From an uncultured Alphaproteobacteria bacterium (lineage in GTDB: Bacteria > Pseudomonadota > Alphaproteobacteria > Rs-D84): a stretch of 64,000 nucleotides of DNA. Location of the stretch: contig CALXZM010000003.1 in the NCBI GenBank assembly GCA_944393245.1, positions 103,838 to 167,837 on the forward strand, in the 5' to 3' direction. Under the pieces are notes generated by a model. The model was not told the origin of the DNA. It ran no database searches and saw nothing but the letters and a program-made list of their open reading frames with translations. Made by a program: the position numbers and the translations under genes. How positions within the stretch are numbered: position 1 is the first letter of the stretch; every line of letters starts with the position of its first letter. Below are positions 28,711 to 39,669 of the stretch, one piece after another.

Positions 28711-29544
28711 ATGACTTGGACAATATTGGTTCTGGTGGTGGGTGTTCTGCTGTACCTGTTTGGCGGTATGATGCTGTCAAAGGGTGATGGTAAAAATCCA
28801 TCTGCTGGGAAAATTGTTGCAAAAAAATGCATTTCAGTGATTGCTATTATCCTGATTTCGGGCAGTATGTGCCGTTTGTATATGCCTTATTACCTGACCA
28901 CGGTAAATCCGGCAATTGTTCAGGAAATGGTTAACGGCATGCAGGCACAGCAACAGGCTGAAAAGAACAAACAGATTCGTAAATATGTTCGTTCCGAAGG
29001 CGACAAAATGATGCGTGATGCACCGGTTTTGGGTAATCGCGATGCGAAAAAGACAATTTATGTTTGGACAGACTTCTCTTGCCCATTCTGCCGTCGTGTA
29101 CATGGCGAAATCGAACGCGTATTGGCCGACCGTGACGATACACGCGTTGTGATTAAGAACTTTTCTATCCATGGGCCATTGTCTGATGCACCGGCCAAGG
29201 CCGTGATTGCAGCAAACTTGCAGGATCCTGAAAAGGCCGGTGAATTGACAAATATGTTGATGACACGCGATTTCTATACTCAGGACGACCTGAAAGACCA
29301 GGCCACATTGGCAGATAAAGTAGAAGCCAACGTTTTGAAAATGGCCGCAGAAGCTGGTTTGGATACAGAAAAATTAAAGGCTGATATGAATGGCGATGTC
29401 GTTGCACGTGAAATGCGCAATGTTCGCGATTTGGCCCAGCGTTTCGAAATCACAGGAACACCGTTCTTGATTATCGGTGAACAGGCGTTCCCGGGTGCAA
29501 TTCCTGCCGCACAAATCGAAACAGCACTGGACGAAGCAGAATAA
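28711..29544 (+). CDS. DsbA-family thiol:disulfide oxidoreductase with N-terminal membrane anchor
   Basis: WTDFSCPFCRRVHGE thioredoxin-fold CPFC active site; two N-terminal hydrophobic segments; strong AAGGAG RBS. Confidence 0.8.
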   Translation: MTWTILVLVVGVLLYLFGGMMLSKGDGKNPSAGKIVAKKCISVIAIILISGSMCRLYMPYYLTTVNPAIVQEMVNGMQAQQQAEKNKQIRKYVRSEGDKMMRDAPVLGNRDAKKTIYVWTDFSCPFCRRVHGEIERVLADRDDTRVVIKNFSIHGPLSDAPAKAVIAANLQDPEKAGELTNMLMTRDFYTQDDLKDQATLADKVEANVLKMAAEAGLDTEKLKADMNGDVVAREMRNVRDLAQRFEITGTPFLIIGEQAFPGAIPAAQIETALDEAE

Positions 29545-29668
29545 GTTCTGAAATCCTAAATGCATATTTTCAATCCCGTCCGAATCGGACGGGATTTTTG
29601 TTGTTACAACTGTAAATAATTTTATATGTGCACTATATTATATGGGCAGTTAAATAGGAGGTTTTCAA

Positions 29669-30175
29669 ATGGGGGCAATTATTATTTATTTTTCACGGGC
29701 CGGTGAAAATTGGATTGATGGCGGTATTCGTCATACGGATGTTGGAAATACGGAACGTGCCGCGCAAATTATTCACGATTTAACAGGTGCTGATTTGTTT
29801 AAGATAGAACCAGTTGTTCCGTATCCTGAAAACTATGACGAATGTACCGCGGTTGCCAAACGTGACCAGCAAACAAATGCGCGTCCAGAAATAAAATCAT
29901 ATCCGAAAGATTTAGATAAATACGATACCGTATATTTGGGATATCCCAATTATTGGGGAACAATGCCGATGGCGGTATTTACATTGTTGGACGGATGTGA
30001 TTTTTCTGGCAAAGTTGTAAAACCGTTCTGTACGCACGAAGGCAGCGGTCTGGGGCACAGTATGTCCGATGTTCGTAAAATGTGTCCAGGTGCGGATGTT
30101 CGCGACGGGTTGGCTATTGTCGGATCGGCGGCTGGCGACAGTGTTGAATCGATTCGTAAATGGTTGAATAAATAA
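29669..30175 (+). CDS. Flavodoxin-like protein
   Basis: IIIYFSRAGENW... and overall 168-aa size match the flavodoxin-like fold family. AGGAGG RBS. Hairpin terminator 30180-30207. Confidence 0.6.
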   Translation: MGAIIIYFSRAGENWIDGGIRHTDVGNTERAAQIIHDLTGADLFKIEPVVPYPENYDECTAVAKRDQQTNARPEIKSYPKDLDKYDTVYLGYPNYWGTMPMAVFTLLDGCDFSGKVVKPFCTHEGSGLGHSMSDVRKMCPGADVRDGLAIVGSAAGDSVESIRKWLNK

Positions 30176-30204
30176 AATAAAAAACGGGGTGTATACCCCG
30201 TTTT

Positions 30205-31374
30205 TTATTTGCTTTCCAGTATCGCAATGCCGGGCAGGGTGCGACCCTCTATAAATTCCAGAAATGCGCCGCCGCCGGTTGATACGTATGTTATGTCATC
30301 CTTTACACCACAGGCTGCCAGTGCGGCAACGGTGTCGCCACCGCCGACAATACTGTCCAATTTGCCGGCGCGTGTTTGTTCCGCAATTGTTTTTGCAATC
30401 GCGAATGAACCATATGACCACGTCGGTTGCCATTCCGCCATACCAACGGTGCCGTTCCAGATTACTGTTGCGGCATGACGAATGGCGTCAATGTTACGTT
30501 CGGTTGTTGCAATGCCGGCATCAATGATGATGTCGTCGTCGGCGATTTCGGTAAAGTCCTTGTTTGTGCGGGTGGCGGTCGGGGTGAATTCCTTGGCCAC
30601 GCCCTTGTCCAATGGCAACAGTACTTCGCAATTATTTTGTTTTGCGTATTCCAGAATTTCCAGTGCGGTATCTTTCTGGTCGGCTTCGAACAATGAATTG
30701 CCGACCTTGCCACCCATTGCATAGTTAAATGTTGTGCCCAATGCGCCACCGATAATCAATTTGTCGGACAGTTTGGCCAATGCCTTTAACACGCCGATTT
30801 TGGTGGAAACTTTACTGCCAGCGACAATGGATAACAGTGGGCGTTTTGGGTTTTCCATAACCGCAGTCAGATGTTCTATTTCCGATGCCAACAGTTTGCC
30901 CGCATATGACGGCAGAATTTCTGCAACGCCAACGGTGCTGGCGTGTGCACGGTGCGATACGGCAAACGCGTCATTGATAAAAATATCAAACCCGTTGGCC
31001 AGTTTTTTTGCAAATTCGGGGTCATTTTGTTCCTCGCCCTGGTAAAAGCGCACATTTTCCAACAGAACCACGTCGCCGTCGTTCATATTTTGCATAAAGT
31101 CACGATCCAGGCAGTCCGCAATCAGTGGCACTTGCATATATTCCGCAACTGGGGCCATGGTGTATTCCATATTGCGCGTGCCCTTTGGCCGGCCCAGGTG
31201 TGCACAAATTGCAATACGTGCGCCACCCGCCCGCAGGGCGTTTATCGTTGGCATACTTTGTTCAATACGAAATGCGTCGGTAATTTTACCGTCCACGATT
31301 TGTACGTTGAAATCATCGCGCAGCAAAATAAATTTGCCACGCACGTCCAGATTTTCAATTGTGCGCAGTTTCAT
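30205..31374 (-). CDS. pgk: Phosphoglycerate kinase
   Basis: 389 aa; LLRDDFNV, AHLGRP, GGGDTVAAL motifs. Confidence 0.95.
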   Translation of the reverse strand: MKLRTIENLDVRGKFILLRDDFNVQIVDGKITDAFRIEQSMPTINALRAGGARIAICAHLGRPKGTRNMEYTMAPVAEYMQVPLIADCLDRDFMQNMNDGDVVLLENVRFYQGEEQNDPEFAKKLANGFDIFINDAFAVSHRAHASTVGVAEILPSYAGKLLASEIEHLTAVMENPKRPLLSIVAGSKVSTKIGVLKALAKLSDKLIIGGALGTTFNYAMGGKVGNSLFEADQKDTALEILEYAKQNNCEVLLPLDKGVAKEFTPTATRTNKDFTEIADDDIIIDAGIATTERNIDAIRHAATVIWNGTVGMAEWQPTWSYGSFAIAKTIAEQTRAGKLDSIVGGGDTVAALAACGVKDDITYVSTGGGAFLEFIEGRTLPGIAILESK

Positions 31375-31997
31375 TTTTCCTGTATCCTTTCTTTGACGGG
31401 TTTATACGTTTTTCGATAATGTTCGTTTATACCATATTTTTCAATTGCGCGCAAATGTTCGGCGGTTGGATAGCCCGAATTTTTATCCCACCCATACATC
31501 GGATATTGTATGGCCAATTCGTGCATAATTTTATCACGCGTTTCCTTTGCAATAATTGATGCGGCGGCAATTGACAGTGATTTTGCGTCACCACGCACAA
31601 CGGCGCGCCCAGTCAAAAGTGGCGGCAACCTGTTCCCGTCAATTAAACAAAACTGGGGCGTGTGGGACAGTTTTTGTACCGCACGTGTCATTGCGGTCAG
31701 CGATGCGTTCAAAATGTTCATTTCGTCGATTTCGGTCGGACTGCATGCGCCAGTTGCCCAAATGGTGTTATGTGTTATCCAATCCAATGCGGCGGCGCGC
31801 ATATGTGGTGTCATTTGTTTGGAATCGCGAATAATAACTGGAATTTCAATGTTACGGTGCGGAAATATAACGGCCGCCGCAACAACCGGCCCGCACAGGG
31901 GGCCACGGCCGGCCTCGTCCACGCCGGCAACGATGTCAAAGCCTGTTTCGTTTTCAATATCAAATGTAGGACACGTTTTCATAGCGATTAAAACCAT
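31371..31997 (-). CDS. rnhB: Ribonuclease HII
   Basis: GVDEAGRGPLCGPVVAAAVIF active-site region; overlaps the pgk start by 4 nt. Confidence 0.92.
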   Translation of the reverse strand: MVLIAMKTCPTFDIENETGFDIVAGVDEAGRGPLCGPVVAAAVIFPHRNIEIPVIIRDSKQMTPHMRAAALDWITHNTIWATGACSPTEIDEMNILNASLTAMTRAVQKLSHTPQFCLIDGNRLPPLLTGRAVVRGDAKSLSIAAASIIAKETRDKIMHELAIQYPMYGWDKNSGYPTAEHLRAIEKYGINEHYRKTYKPVKERIQEK

Positions 31998-32226
31998 ACC
32001 ATAAATTTATGGCAAATGGAAAAGTTTTCATATATAATATATGGTGTATCAGCGCGTTGCTGGTATGGGGTATCACAACCCGATAGTACGCGTTTCGTGT
32101 GAACGAAATGAAAAGTTCTCCAATCCCGGGGTTGGAGGGTGCTGAATATCCAATAAAGCACGCTATTCGTACTAATAGTTGTGAACCTCCAACCCACCTG
32201 AAAATATTTTTAGGTGGTTTTTTATT

Positions 32227-32589
32227 ATGGGGGGATTTATGGGCGGAAAAAAACACCGGGTGTGTGAATTTGATATTTATGTTGGACGGGTTATTATGAT
32301 GCTGCGTACCCGTATGGGAATGAGCCAGCAAGATTTGGGACAACAGATAGGTGTTACTTTTCAACAGGTACAAAAATACGAATGCGGTGAAAACAGATTA
32401 ACCGTTGCGCGATTGAATGATATATGCCGGGTATTTGATGTGTCGCCGGCATTGTTTTACAATGAAGCAAACCAGTCATATGTTCATGATAAAAATATGG
32501 TGGTTTTGATAAATACAATTTATAAATTACCAACAGAAAAAAGAAATATTATTGCTGTGATTGCAAATGCGCTGTGTTCTGATAATTAA
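32227..32589 (+). CDS. XRE-family helix-turn-helix transcriptional regulator
   Basis: LRTRMGMSQQDLGQQIGVTFQQVQKYECGENRLTVARLNDICRVFDV is a canonical HTH_XRE. True start may be the internal MM at ~32293. Confidence 0.75.
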   Translation: MGGFMGGKKHRVCEFDIYVGRVIMMLRTRMGMSQQDLGQQIGVTFQQVQKYECGENRLTVARLNDICRVFDVSPALFYNEANQSYVHDKNMVVLINTIYKLPTEKRNIIAVIANALCSDN

Positions 32590-34316
32590 ATCGCCATGCG
32601 GTTGGCAATTTGTTGCTGAACATATTCGTCTTCGCTGTTGTACAGGGGCCATTCACCGTTGGCTAAATCCTTCATCGTGGTCAATGGTTGGTCCAAACGG
32701 GCACGATATAACCACAGGTTTGACATGACGCGTTTAATATAACTGCGGGTTTCGTATGTTGGGAAACTTTCGATATATAATAATGGGTCGTATGTTTCAA
32801 ACATGTTTTCAAATTCAACCAATGTGCCCATGCCAGCATTATATGCAGCCAACATTTTGATTATATTATTATTTATGTTTGGATGGGCCAACAGGTCAAC
32901 AATATACTGTTGCCCCAGGAACATATTGTGTTCCGGATTTAACATATCTATATCGGACATGTTTACTTTGTTTTCACGCGCAACACGTTTGGCAGTACTG
33001 GGCATGATTTGCATCAGACCGTTTGCACCGGCACCTGATTTTGCGTTTGTGCGGAAACCACTTTCCTGTTTAGTGATGGCCAATAACAGCGCGCGGTCAA
33101 TTGACCACCCCCCCATTGGTTCCCAATCGGGCAGGGGATATTGCGCCGAATAAATAATATTGTCATCGATTTCCAAAATACCGCGGTCTTTTATTAAACT
33201 GGACGCCTGAATCGATACACGGGGCAATCCGTATGCCGTCGCAACTGAATTAATTGCGTGCAATGTGCGGTCAGAAACCTTGGCAGTAATCATGTATTTC
33301 AGGTATTGTTCCGCGCGGTCTTTCTGGCCAACTTGTAACAGGGCCAGGGCCCTTTTGCCATATTTTGTTTCACGCAGGGTATCTATGTCATCATCGGTAC
33401 AATCCTGTTCAAAAAATTCATATTTTGGCGTGCGTCCCAACATGACCGACGACAGAGCCCCATAAAATGCCATTGGGTGTGCCGCAGCAATTTTCCAATA
33501 TTTTTTTGCGGCACTGCGATTACCGTTGGCGTCCGCCGCACGACCAGCCCAGAATGCGGCCTCGGTCTTTCTGGCGTTGTTTATTTGTTCTAAATCCAGG
33601 ATTGCACTGAAATATTTTTCACTTTCGTGATATTTTTCTTCCTTGAAATACAATAATCCCATTGCCCACAGGCCGTATTCTGATTTTGCATCAGATGCGA
33701 CAAATCCCCATTTTTTCGCCAATTCAAATTCACCGTTCGTATAATATATAAATGATAAACGTCCCGCCAAACGGCCATAGTCCGATTCGGTCAGGCTTTT
33801 TTTCAGGGCGGAATCTTCCAGTATTAAACGGGCTGTTTTTGTTGCGCCACTGCGGATTGCGCGCTTGAATTTTGTAATTTTTGTGTTCGTGGCACCAGTA
33901 TATTTTTTTTCCGTCCAATTTTCAGATTGGGGTGTTTCAATTGATGCGCCACCGCTGATTGTACGGGGAACGGATGCCTTGCGAACGGTTGCCTGTTTTA
34001 TTTTGGCCAGTTTTGCCATGCGTTCCGCACCAGGCATATCATAATATTTTTCCATCCAAGATACCAATTCGCGGCCACGGGTGCGATACGTTTTGGATAT
34101 AAAGCGTTGGTATAAAACCTCGTTCATCAGTAATGGATCGGACAGTTGCTTTTCCAGTTTTTGTGCCGCGGAAATTTCTTCTTCGCTTTGCAGCAGGAAT
34201 ATTTGAGTGTACAAACTGGCGTCCGCATCAGACAGTACATTGATATCAGGCCGATCCGCGGCAATCGCCATAAACGGCAAAAATATTGCTATTAAAAATG
34301 TGAAGATTTTTTTCAT
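32586..34316 (-). CDS. slt: Soluble lytic murein transglycosylase
   Basis: Signal peptide MKKIFTFLIAIFLPFMAIA; superhelical TPR-like N-domain; C-terminal SLT motif ITKQESGF...GANGLMQIMPSTA...AYNAG. Confidence 0.9.
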   Translation of the reverse strand: MKKIFTFLIAIFLPFMAIAADRPDINVLSDADASLYTQIFLLQSEEEISAAQKLEKQLSDPLLMNEVLYQRFISKTYRTRGRELVSWMEKYYDMPGAERMAKLAKIKQATVRKASVPRTISGGASIETPQSENWTEKKYTGATNTKITKFKRAIRSGATKTARLILEDSALKKSLTESDYGRLAGRLSFIYYTNGEFELAKKWGFVASDAKSEYGLWAMGLLYFKEEKYHESEKYFSAILDLEQINNARKTEAAFWAGRAADANGNRSAAKKYWKIAAAHPMAFYGALSSVMLGRTPKYEFFEQDCTDDDIDTLRETKYGKRALALLQVGQKDRAEQYLKYMITAKVSDRTLHAINSVATAYGLPRVSIQASSLIKDRGILEIDDNIIYSAQYPLPDWEPMGGWSIDRALLLAITKQESGFRTNAKSGAGANGLMQIMPSTAKRVARENKVNMSDIDMLNPEHNMFLGQQYIVDLLAHPNINNNIIKMLAAYNAGMGTLVEFENMFETYDPLLYIESFPTYETRSYIKRVMSNLWLYRARLDQPLTTMKDLANGEWPLYNSEDEYVQQQIANRMAI

Positions 34317-34324
34317 ATGTTTTT

Positions 34325-34825
34325 TCAAAATAGTGATGTTTTCGGCAGTGCGCATACATTGGCGTTGTCGTCATCCGCAGGAATTTGCGCCAATATTTTT
34401 TTGAAATCCGAAATGCGCGAAAATTTACGATATACTGATACAAAGCGCACAAATGCAATCGGATCCAGGTTTAATAATGAATCAGAAACCATTTGACCAA
34501 CCATTGCGCTGGTTACCGTATCGTCGGCGGTTTCTGTTTCCAGTCTGCGGTGTATGGATGTTACCAATTTTTCAATCTGTTCGTCGCCAACATCGCGATT
34601 GCGACACGCCAATTTAATACTGCGACGTAATTTTTCGCGGTCAAAGGCCTCTAACTTTCCACTGTTTTTACGCACCATCAGGTCGCGCATTTGAACGCGT
34701 TCGACGGTTGTAAATTTTGCCCCGCATTGATTGCATACGCGACGACGCCGAATAATGGCGTCTTCGGTATCTGGGCGGGAATCGGTCACCCGACTGTCAG
34801 TAGAGTTACAATATGGACATCTCAT
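34325..34825 (-). CDS. nrdR: Transcriptional repressor NrdR
   Basis: Start moved to MRCPYCNSTDSRVTDSR (zinc ribbon) followed by an ATP-cone. The ORF-track N-extension overlaps slt. Confidence 0.9.
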   Translation of the reverse strand: MRCPYCNSTDSRVTDSRPDTEDAIIRRRRVCNQCGAKFTTVERVQMRDLMVRKNSGKLEAFDREKLRRSIKLACRNRDVGDEQIEKLVTSIHRRLETETADDTVTSAMVGQMVSDSLLNLDPIAFVRFVSVYRKFSRISDFKKILAQIPADDDNANVCALPKTSLF

Positions 34826-35001
34826 ACCCATATACGGTAGCAAGCAAAAACCCAACTGTAAAGTAGAAAGTGATTTTCGCCCCATTGGGTAAAAAATGCG
34901 TTTTTTATAAAAATCAAGCACTTTATTTATATGCAAATCACTGGGGTGAACTTTTTAATGGGGTCGTTTTGTGATAAAATGTAAATCGAGACCAGAGAGA
35001 G

Positions 35002-36102
35002 ATGGAAAAATACCTGAACCAGATTTTAACCGGCGATTGTGTGGATGTTATGCGCGGAATACCAGATGCATCGGTTGATGCGGTATTCGCAGATGCGCCG
35101 TATAATCTGCAACTGGGGGCAAAAACGCTGTATCGCCCCGAAGATCAAACCGCGGCGCGTGCCGTGCGTGATGCGTGGGATGCATTTGAAAGCCCCGCCG
35201 CGTATGACGAATTTACACGTGCGTGGTTGACCCAGTGCAAGCGGGTGTTGAAACCTGATGGTGCATTGTGGGTTATCGGCAGTTATCATAATATTTTCCG
35301 GGTGGGGGCTATTTTACAGGATTTAGGCTTTTGGATTTTAAATGATATTGTATGGGTGAAAACAAATCCTATGCCGAATTTCCGTGGAACGCGGTTTACG
35401 AATGCGCATGAAACGCTGATTTGGGCAACCCCGCGTAAAACAGGCAAGTACACATTTAATTATGAAACAATGAAAAAACTGAACGGTGGCAAGCAAATGC
35501 GTTCAGATTGGAATATAAATATTTGTCTGGGCGAAGAACGGGTCAAGGGCGCAAATGGCAAAAGTTTACATAATACGCAAAAACCATTGGATTTATTGCG
35601 TCGGGTGATTTTGGCATCAACCAAGCAGGGTGATGTTATTTTAGATCCTTTCTTGGGCAGTGGCACAACCGCCGCCGCGGCCAAGGAATTGGGGCGTAAT
35701 TTTATCGGTATTGAACGCGAAGAATCATATGTTTCTGCGGCGCGTGCGCGTGTCGATGCGGTGACACCGATTGATTTATCACAGATAGAAGTTGCCACCC
35801 CAAAACGGGCCGAGGTCCGCGTTGCGTTCAAGGAACTGATAGAAGCAGGCCTGTTGTATGTCGGACAAACGTTGGTCAGTCCGCGTGGCGAACGTGTGAT
35901 GATTACGCGCGATGGCCAGTTGGCGCATTCTTTGCATGGCAAGGCGTCAATTCACGTTATGGCCGCGCGTCTGCAACACAGTGTCAGTTTTAATGGTTGG
36001 GATTATTGGTCGGCTGAAAAGCGCGATGGTTCATTGGTTCCAATTGATGAATTGCGCAAATATGTGCGCAGTGTAAAGCGTGATATAAAGCAGGCTGCAT
36101 AA
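35002..36102 (+). CDS. ccrM: CcrM-type N6-adenine DNA methyltransferase (GANTC)
   Basis: Near-collinear with Caulobacter CcrM: [18 protein letters not shown] (DPPY-type), [57 protein letters not shown]-terminal nonspecific DNA-binding extension. Confidence 0.9.
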   Translation: MEKYLNQILTGDCVDVMRGIPDASVDAVFADAPYNLQLGAKTLYRPEDQTAARAVRDAWDAFESPAAYDEFTRAWLTQCKRVLKPDGALWVIGSYHNIFRVGAILQDLGFWILNDIVWVKTNPMPNFRGTRFTNAHETLIWATPRKTGKYTFNYETMKKLNGGKQMRSDWNINICLGEERVKGANGKSLHNTQKPLDLLRRVILASTKQGDVILDPFLGSGTTAAAAKELGRNFIGIEREESYVSAARARVDAVTPIDLSQIEVATPKRAEVRVAFKELIEAGLLYVGQTLVSPRGERVMITRDGQLAHSLHGKASIHVMAARLQHSVSFNGWDYWSAEKRDGSLVPIDELRKYVRSVKRDIKQAA

Positions 36103-36124
36103 AATAATCAATCTGGATTGATTG

Positions 36125-36508
36125 TTATCTGGTGCGTTTGAATAAATTTATCAATTTATTTCCGATTTTGTTGTAATGTTTTTGATATGCAATATCCATG
36201 GCGGATTGTATGGTGCGGCCGTTGCGTGACATTGATATGTGCATTTGGGCGTCGGCGCAATCTGATTCCAGTGCCAGAATTTCGCTGTGTAATTTATGGG
36301 CGTCTGTGATTGCCTGGGTCCGTGTTTGCATATCGTATACCGTGGCAATCATGTCCAGATTATAAAAATAGTGCGGTTTGGGCATCAGGTTGCACCCAGA
36401 ACGTGCAAAATCATATATTTCAGTACGCTGATTTATCGCACGGGTCGTTTCATTTTGTAAACGTGCATATTCCAGAATATAAAAACCGTTTGTGTGCTCG
36501 TTTTCCAT
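36125..36508 (-). CDS. Hypothetical protein (127 aa)
   Basis: Clean ORF between ccrM and clpP. No family recognised. Confidence 0.4.
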   Translation of the reverse strand: MENEHTNGFYILEYARLQNETTRAINQRTEIYDFARSGCNLMPKPHYFYNLDMIATVYDMQTRTQAITDAHKLHSEILALESDCADAQMHISMSRNGRTIQSAMDIAYQKHYNKIGNKLINLFKRTR

Positions 36509-36674
36509 ATTAATATAAAACCTTTTATTAACAAGTATATGTCAAAAATAATATTTGTCAATATTTGATAGTGGCCTTGTATTTTTGTTATATGGGATTA
36601 TATATATCATAAATTCGCGAATCGGGTTTTTGTGTGATATAGTTTTATTTGTAATAAAGTAAGGGATTTATATT

Positions 36675-37256
36675 ATGGCTTTGATACCTGTGGTTATAGA
36701 GGAATCACCCCGTGGTGAACGTTCCTTTGACATATATTCCAGATTATTGCGCGATCGAATTGTCATGATAAACGGTCAAATTGAACCAAATATGGCAAGC
36801 ACGGTTGTGGCACAGTTGCTGTTTTTGGAATCAGAAAATCCAAATGCAGAAATTTCTGTTTATATAAATTCGCCCGGGGGTGATGTTTCTGCGGGGTGGG
36901 CCATTATGGACACAATGCAGTATATTAAATCGCCCGTTTCAACAATTGGTATGGGGTTGGTTGCGTCAATGGGATCGGTGCTGTTGGCCGCGGGTGAAAA
37001 GGGCAAGCGTTTCGTTCTGCCAAATACACAAATTATGATACATCAGCCATTGGCCGGGGCCGAAGGTCAAATTACTGATATGGAAATCCGTATGGCACAG
37101 TATTTGAAAAACAAGAAAACATTGATAAAACAAATGGCTGCCTTTACCGGACGTAAAGAAAAAGAATTGTTTGACGCAATGGAACGCGACAATTGGATGA
37201 CGCCTGACGAGGCCAAAGATTTTGGCCTGATTGACGGTGTATTACAGCGTAAATAA
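36675..37256 (+). CDS. clpP: ATP-dependent Clp protease proteolytic subunit
   Basis: [37 protein letters not shown] (Ser), IMIHQP (His). Confidence 0.95.
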   Translation: MALIPVVIEESPRGERSFDIYSRLLRDRIVMINGQIEPNMASTVVAQLLFLESENPNAEISVYINSPGGDVSAGWAIMDTMQYIKSPVSTIGMGLVASMGSVLLAAGEKGKRFVLPNTQIMIHQPLAGAEGQITDMEIRMAQYLKNKKTLIKQMAAFTGRKEKELFDAMERDNWMTPDEAKDFGLIDGVLQRK

Positions 37257-37287
37257 TTTTATCCGTTTTTGTGGGGGATTATTGGAC

Positions 37288-38562
37288 ATGAGTGACGATA
37301 AAACAAAATCTGCTGATGAAGCACAGGCAACCACGCCACCACAATTTTGCAGTTTTTGTGGCAAAGCAGTGTACGAGGTTAAAAAACTGGTCAGTGGACG
37401 CAATGTTTGCATTTGTGACGAATGCATAAATTTATGTAATGACATAATGGCCGATGATATGCGGACGGAAATGGGTGGGGATACGGCAAAATTACCAACC
37501 CCGCACCAGATTTACGATTTCCTGAATGAATATATCGTGGGCCAGGACAGTGCCAAAAGGACACTGGCGGTGGCGGTATATAATCATTATAAACGTCACA
37601 GTGTTGCTGAAAATACCAAGGTTGAAATACAAAAATCAAATGTGTTATTGATTGGGCCAACGGGTACCGGGAAAACACTGTTTGCGCAAACATTGGCGCG
37701 TATATTGGACGTGCCGTTTGCAATTGCGGACGCAACCACCCTGACCGAGGCCGGATATGTCGGTGACGATGTGGAAAGTGTTTTAACGCGTCTGTTGCAA
37801 AATGCGAATTTTGATGTTGAACGTGCCGGGCGTGGAATAATTTATATTGACGAAATTGATAAAATCGCCCGTAAATCTGAAAATCCATCACTGACACGTG
37901 ATGTTTCCGGCGAAGGTGTCCAACAGGCATTGTTAAAACTGGTCGAAGGCACCGTTGCCAACGTGCCGGCCGGCGGGGCGGGGCGCAAGCACCCGGGCGA
38001 GGCCACCGTTCAATTGGATACATCAAAGATTTTATTCATTTGTGGTGGGGCGTTTGATGGCCTGAACAAGATTATTGGTGCGCGTACAAATGAACGCGCA
38101 GGTATCGGATTCGGGGCAAATGTTCAATCCAAAAAGGAACGTGAATCTAAAAACTATTTGGACGATGTTCAACCCGAAGATTTGGTTAAGTTCGGTATTA
38201 TACCGGAATTGGTTGGGCGGTTGCCAGTTGTAACAACTTTACAGGATTTAGACGAAGATGCGTTGGTAAAAATTCTGACCGAACCCAGAAATGCAATTGT
38301 AAAGCAATATTCCGCCATGTTGGAAATGGATGGTGTTAAATTGACAATTACAGATGATGGGTTGCGCGAAATTGCGAAAAAGGCCGCAGAACGTAAAACT
38401 GGGGCGCGTGGTCTGCGCAGTATTTTGGAAAAAATCTTGCTGCAACCGATGTTTGATGCCCCGGACAAGGATGATTTAATCGAAATCGTTATCGACAAGG
38501 ATGTTGTTGCCGGGCGTAAACCGCCGGTTGAAATATTACGCGATGCGAAAAAGGTTGCATAA
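37288..38562 (+). CDS. clpX: ATP-dependent Clp protease ATP-binding subunit ClpX
   Basis: Start at MSDDKTKS (GGGGGA RBS). C4 zinc finger CSFCGK...CICDEC; Walker A GPTGTGKT; IGF-loop region. Confidence 0.93.
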   Translation: MSDDKTKSADEAQATTPPQFCSFCGKAVYEVKKLVSGRNVCICDECINLCNDIMADDMRTEMGGDTAKLPTPHQIYDFLNEYIVGQDSAKRTLAVAVYNHYKRHSVAENTKVEIQKSNVLLIGPTGTGKTLFAQTLARILDVPFAIADATTLTEAGYVGDDVESVLTRLLQNANFDVERAGRGIIYIDEIDKIARKSENPSLTRDVSGEGVQQALLKLVEGTVANVPAGGAGRKHPGEATVQLDTSKILFICGGAFDGLNKIIGARTNERAGIGFGANVQSKKERESKNYLDDVQPEDLVKFGIIPELVGRLPVVTTLQDLDEDALVKILTEPRNAIVKQYSAMLEMDGVKLTITDDGLREIAKKAAERKTGARGLRSILEKILLQPMFDAPDKDDLIEIVIDKDVVAGRKPPVEILRDAKKVA

Positions 38563-38591
38563 AAAATCGGGGCGAATGCCCCGATTTTTTA

Positions 38592-39521
38592 TTATTCATC
38601 TTCGGTATAATTACACTTTTGGGTAAACTGGAATGTGCCTTCGGTCATACGTATACTTGTATTCGGGGGTATATAACACCTGGTTATATGCGATGGTGTC
38701 GGTGCAAACATTGGACATTCTAGCAGGGTTGTCCCATATACCAAGGGAAGACCTATCCCAATTGATGGACAACGCAAACAATCATAATCCTTGGCGCGGA
38801 CCCCCGTTATTCCACCACCGGATTCAACGTAATTATTATCTATTAAATAATATCCAACATCACAACATGGCATAATCGTACCGGCAGGACAACCGTCCAT
38901 AGTATGATCTGGACACGCCTTGCAATTTGGTCCAGAACCGGCTACCATCATACCACCTGCATTATAATAATTGGATTTACATTGATATTCGCATTTGTTG
39001 GTGCTGGTGTTACAACGTGTTTGATAATTTTTACCGCTAACATTCATCCAGGATGTTCTACCCTCGCACGCCAGACCATCGCATGGGGTGTCCTTTACAC
39101 ATTCTTCCCATGTAACAATACAGTCCTGTTGTCTTTGTGACGGCATTGTGTGTGATACCAAATGGTATCCAGTATTACATGCAGAACATGTATTACGTTT
39201 GCCCCCACCAGACATCATCCCACCGTTGGGTTTCGCATAATATTCTATGGTTGTTGTTGTTTTACAATTTGGTATGGGATCGTCACTGGCCAAATCACTT
39301 TGTCCGACATATCCATCGACTGGTACCGACCAATCTGTTGTGTCCCAACCCACCATGGTGAAGCCGGGATCCTGGCACGTATAAAAACTGTCCGTTCCCC
39401 CATCGCGAAAGCCCGCCCCAAGCGCGGTTGATGTAACCCCAATTCCAACCAAAACAACCGCACACAATTGAACGATTGGATTAGGCATATTTATTTTTGT
39501 AACAATCCCGGATTTCTGCAT
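38592..39521 (-). CDS. Small secreted Cys-rich protein, family member B (309 aa). Leader cassette in ON orientation
   Basis: GGGGAG RBS + ATG inside the 51-bp cassette (39488-39538) gives MQKSGIVTKIN then MPNPIVQLCAVVLVGIGVTSTALGAGFRDGG, near-identical to the 24063 gene. 30 Cys. C-terminal RCYIPPNT...GTFQFTQKCNY. Confidence 0.7.
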   Translation of the reverse strand: MQKSGIVTKINMPNPIVQLCAVVLVGIGVTSTALGAGFRDGGTDSFYTCQDPGFTMVGWDTTDWSVPVDGYVGQSDLASDDPIPNCKTTTTIEYYAKPNGGMMSGGGKRNTCSACNTGYHLVSHTMPSQRQQDCIVTWEECVKDTPCDGLACEGRTSWMNVSGKNYQTRCNTSTNKCEYQCKSNYYNAGGMMVAGSGPNCKACPDHTMDGCPAGTIMPCCDVGYYLIDNNYVESGGGITGVRAKDYDCLRCPSIGIGLPLVYGTTLLECPMFAPTPSHITRCYIPPNTSIRMTEGTFQFTQKCNYTEDE

Positions 39522-39654
39522 TTTATTCTCCCCTTTCGTGCCTAATCCAAACGGTGGTTTAAAAACAGTAAAAATATGATTGACGCACCCCAGAATTTTC
39601 GGCTAAAATAGAAACAAACAAATGCCTAATGCAAACCACCGTTTGGATTAGGCA
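39476..39654. promoter_or_regulatory. Nested putative invertible elements between divergent family genes: 12-bp IR (39476-39487 / 39539-39550) around the 51-bp leader cassette; 19-bp IR (39539-39557 / 39636-39654) around a 78-bp promoter segment
   Basis: ttggattaggca / tgcctaatccaa flank the leader. tgcctaatccaaacggtgg / ccaccgtttggattaggca flank the promoter. Hairpin tgcctaat-N16-attaggca at 39623-39654, as at 23981-24012. Confidence 0.55.
39580..39609 (+). promoter_or_regulatory. Sigma70-like promoter TTGACG-17-TAAAAT, currently pointing at gene 39670-40320, inside the IR-flanked 78-bp segment
   Basis: ttgacg(39580-85) + 17 bp + taaaat(39604-09). Homologous to the promoter at 23938-23967. 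Confidence 0.5.
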
Positions 39655-39669
39655 CGAAAGGGGAGAAAC

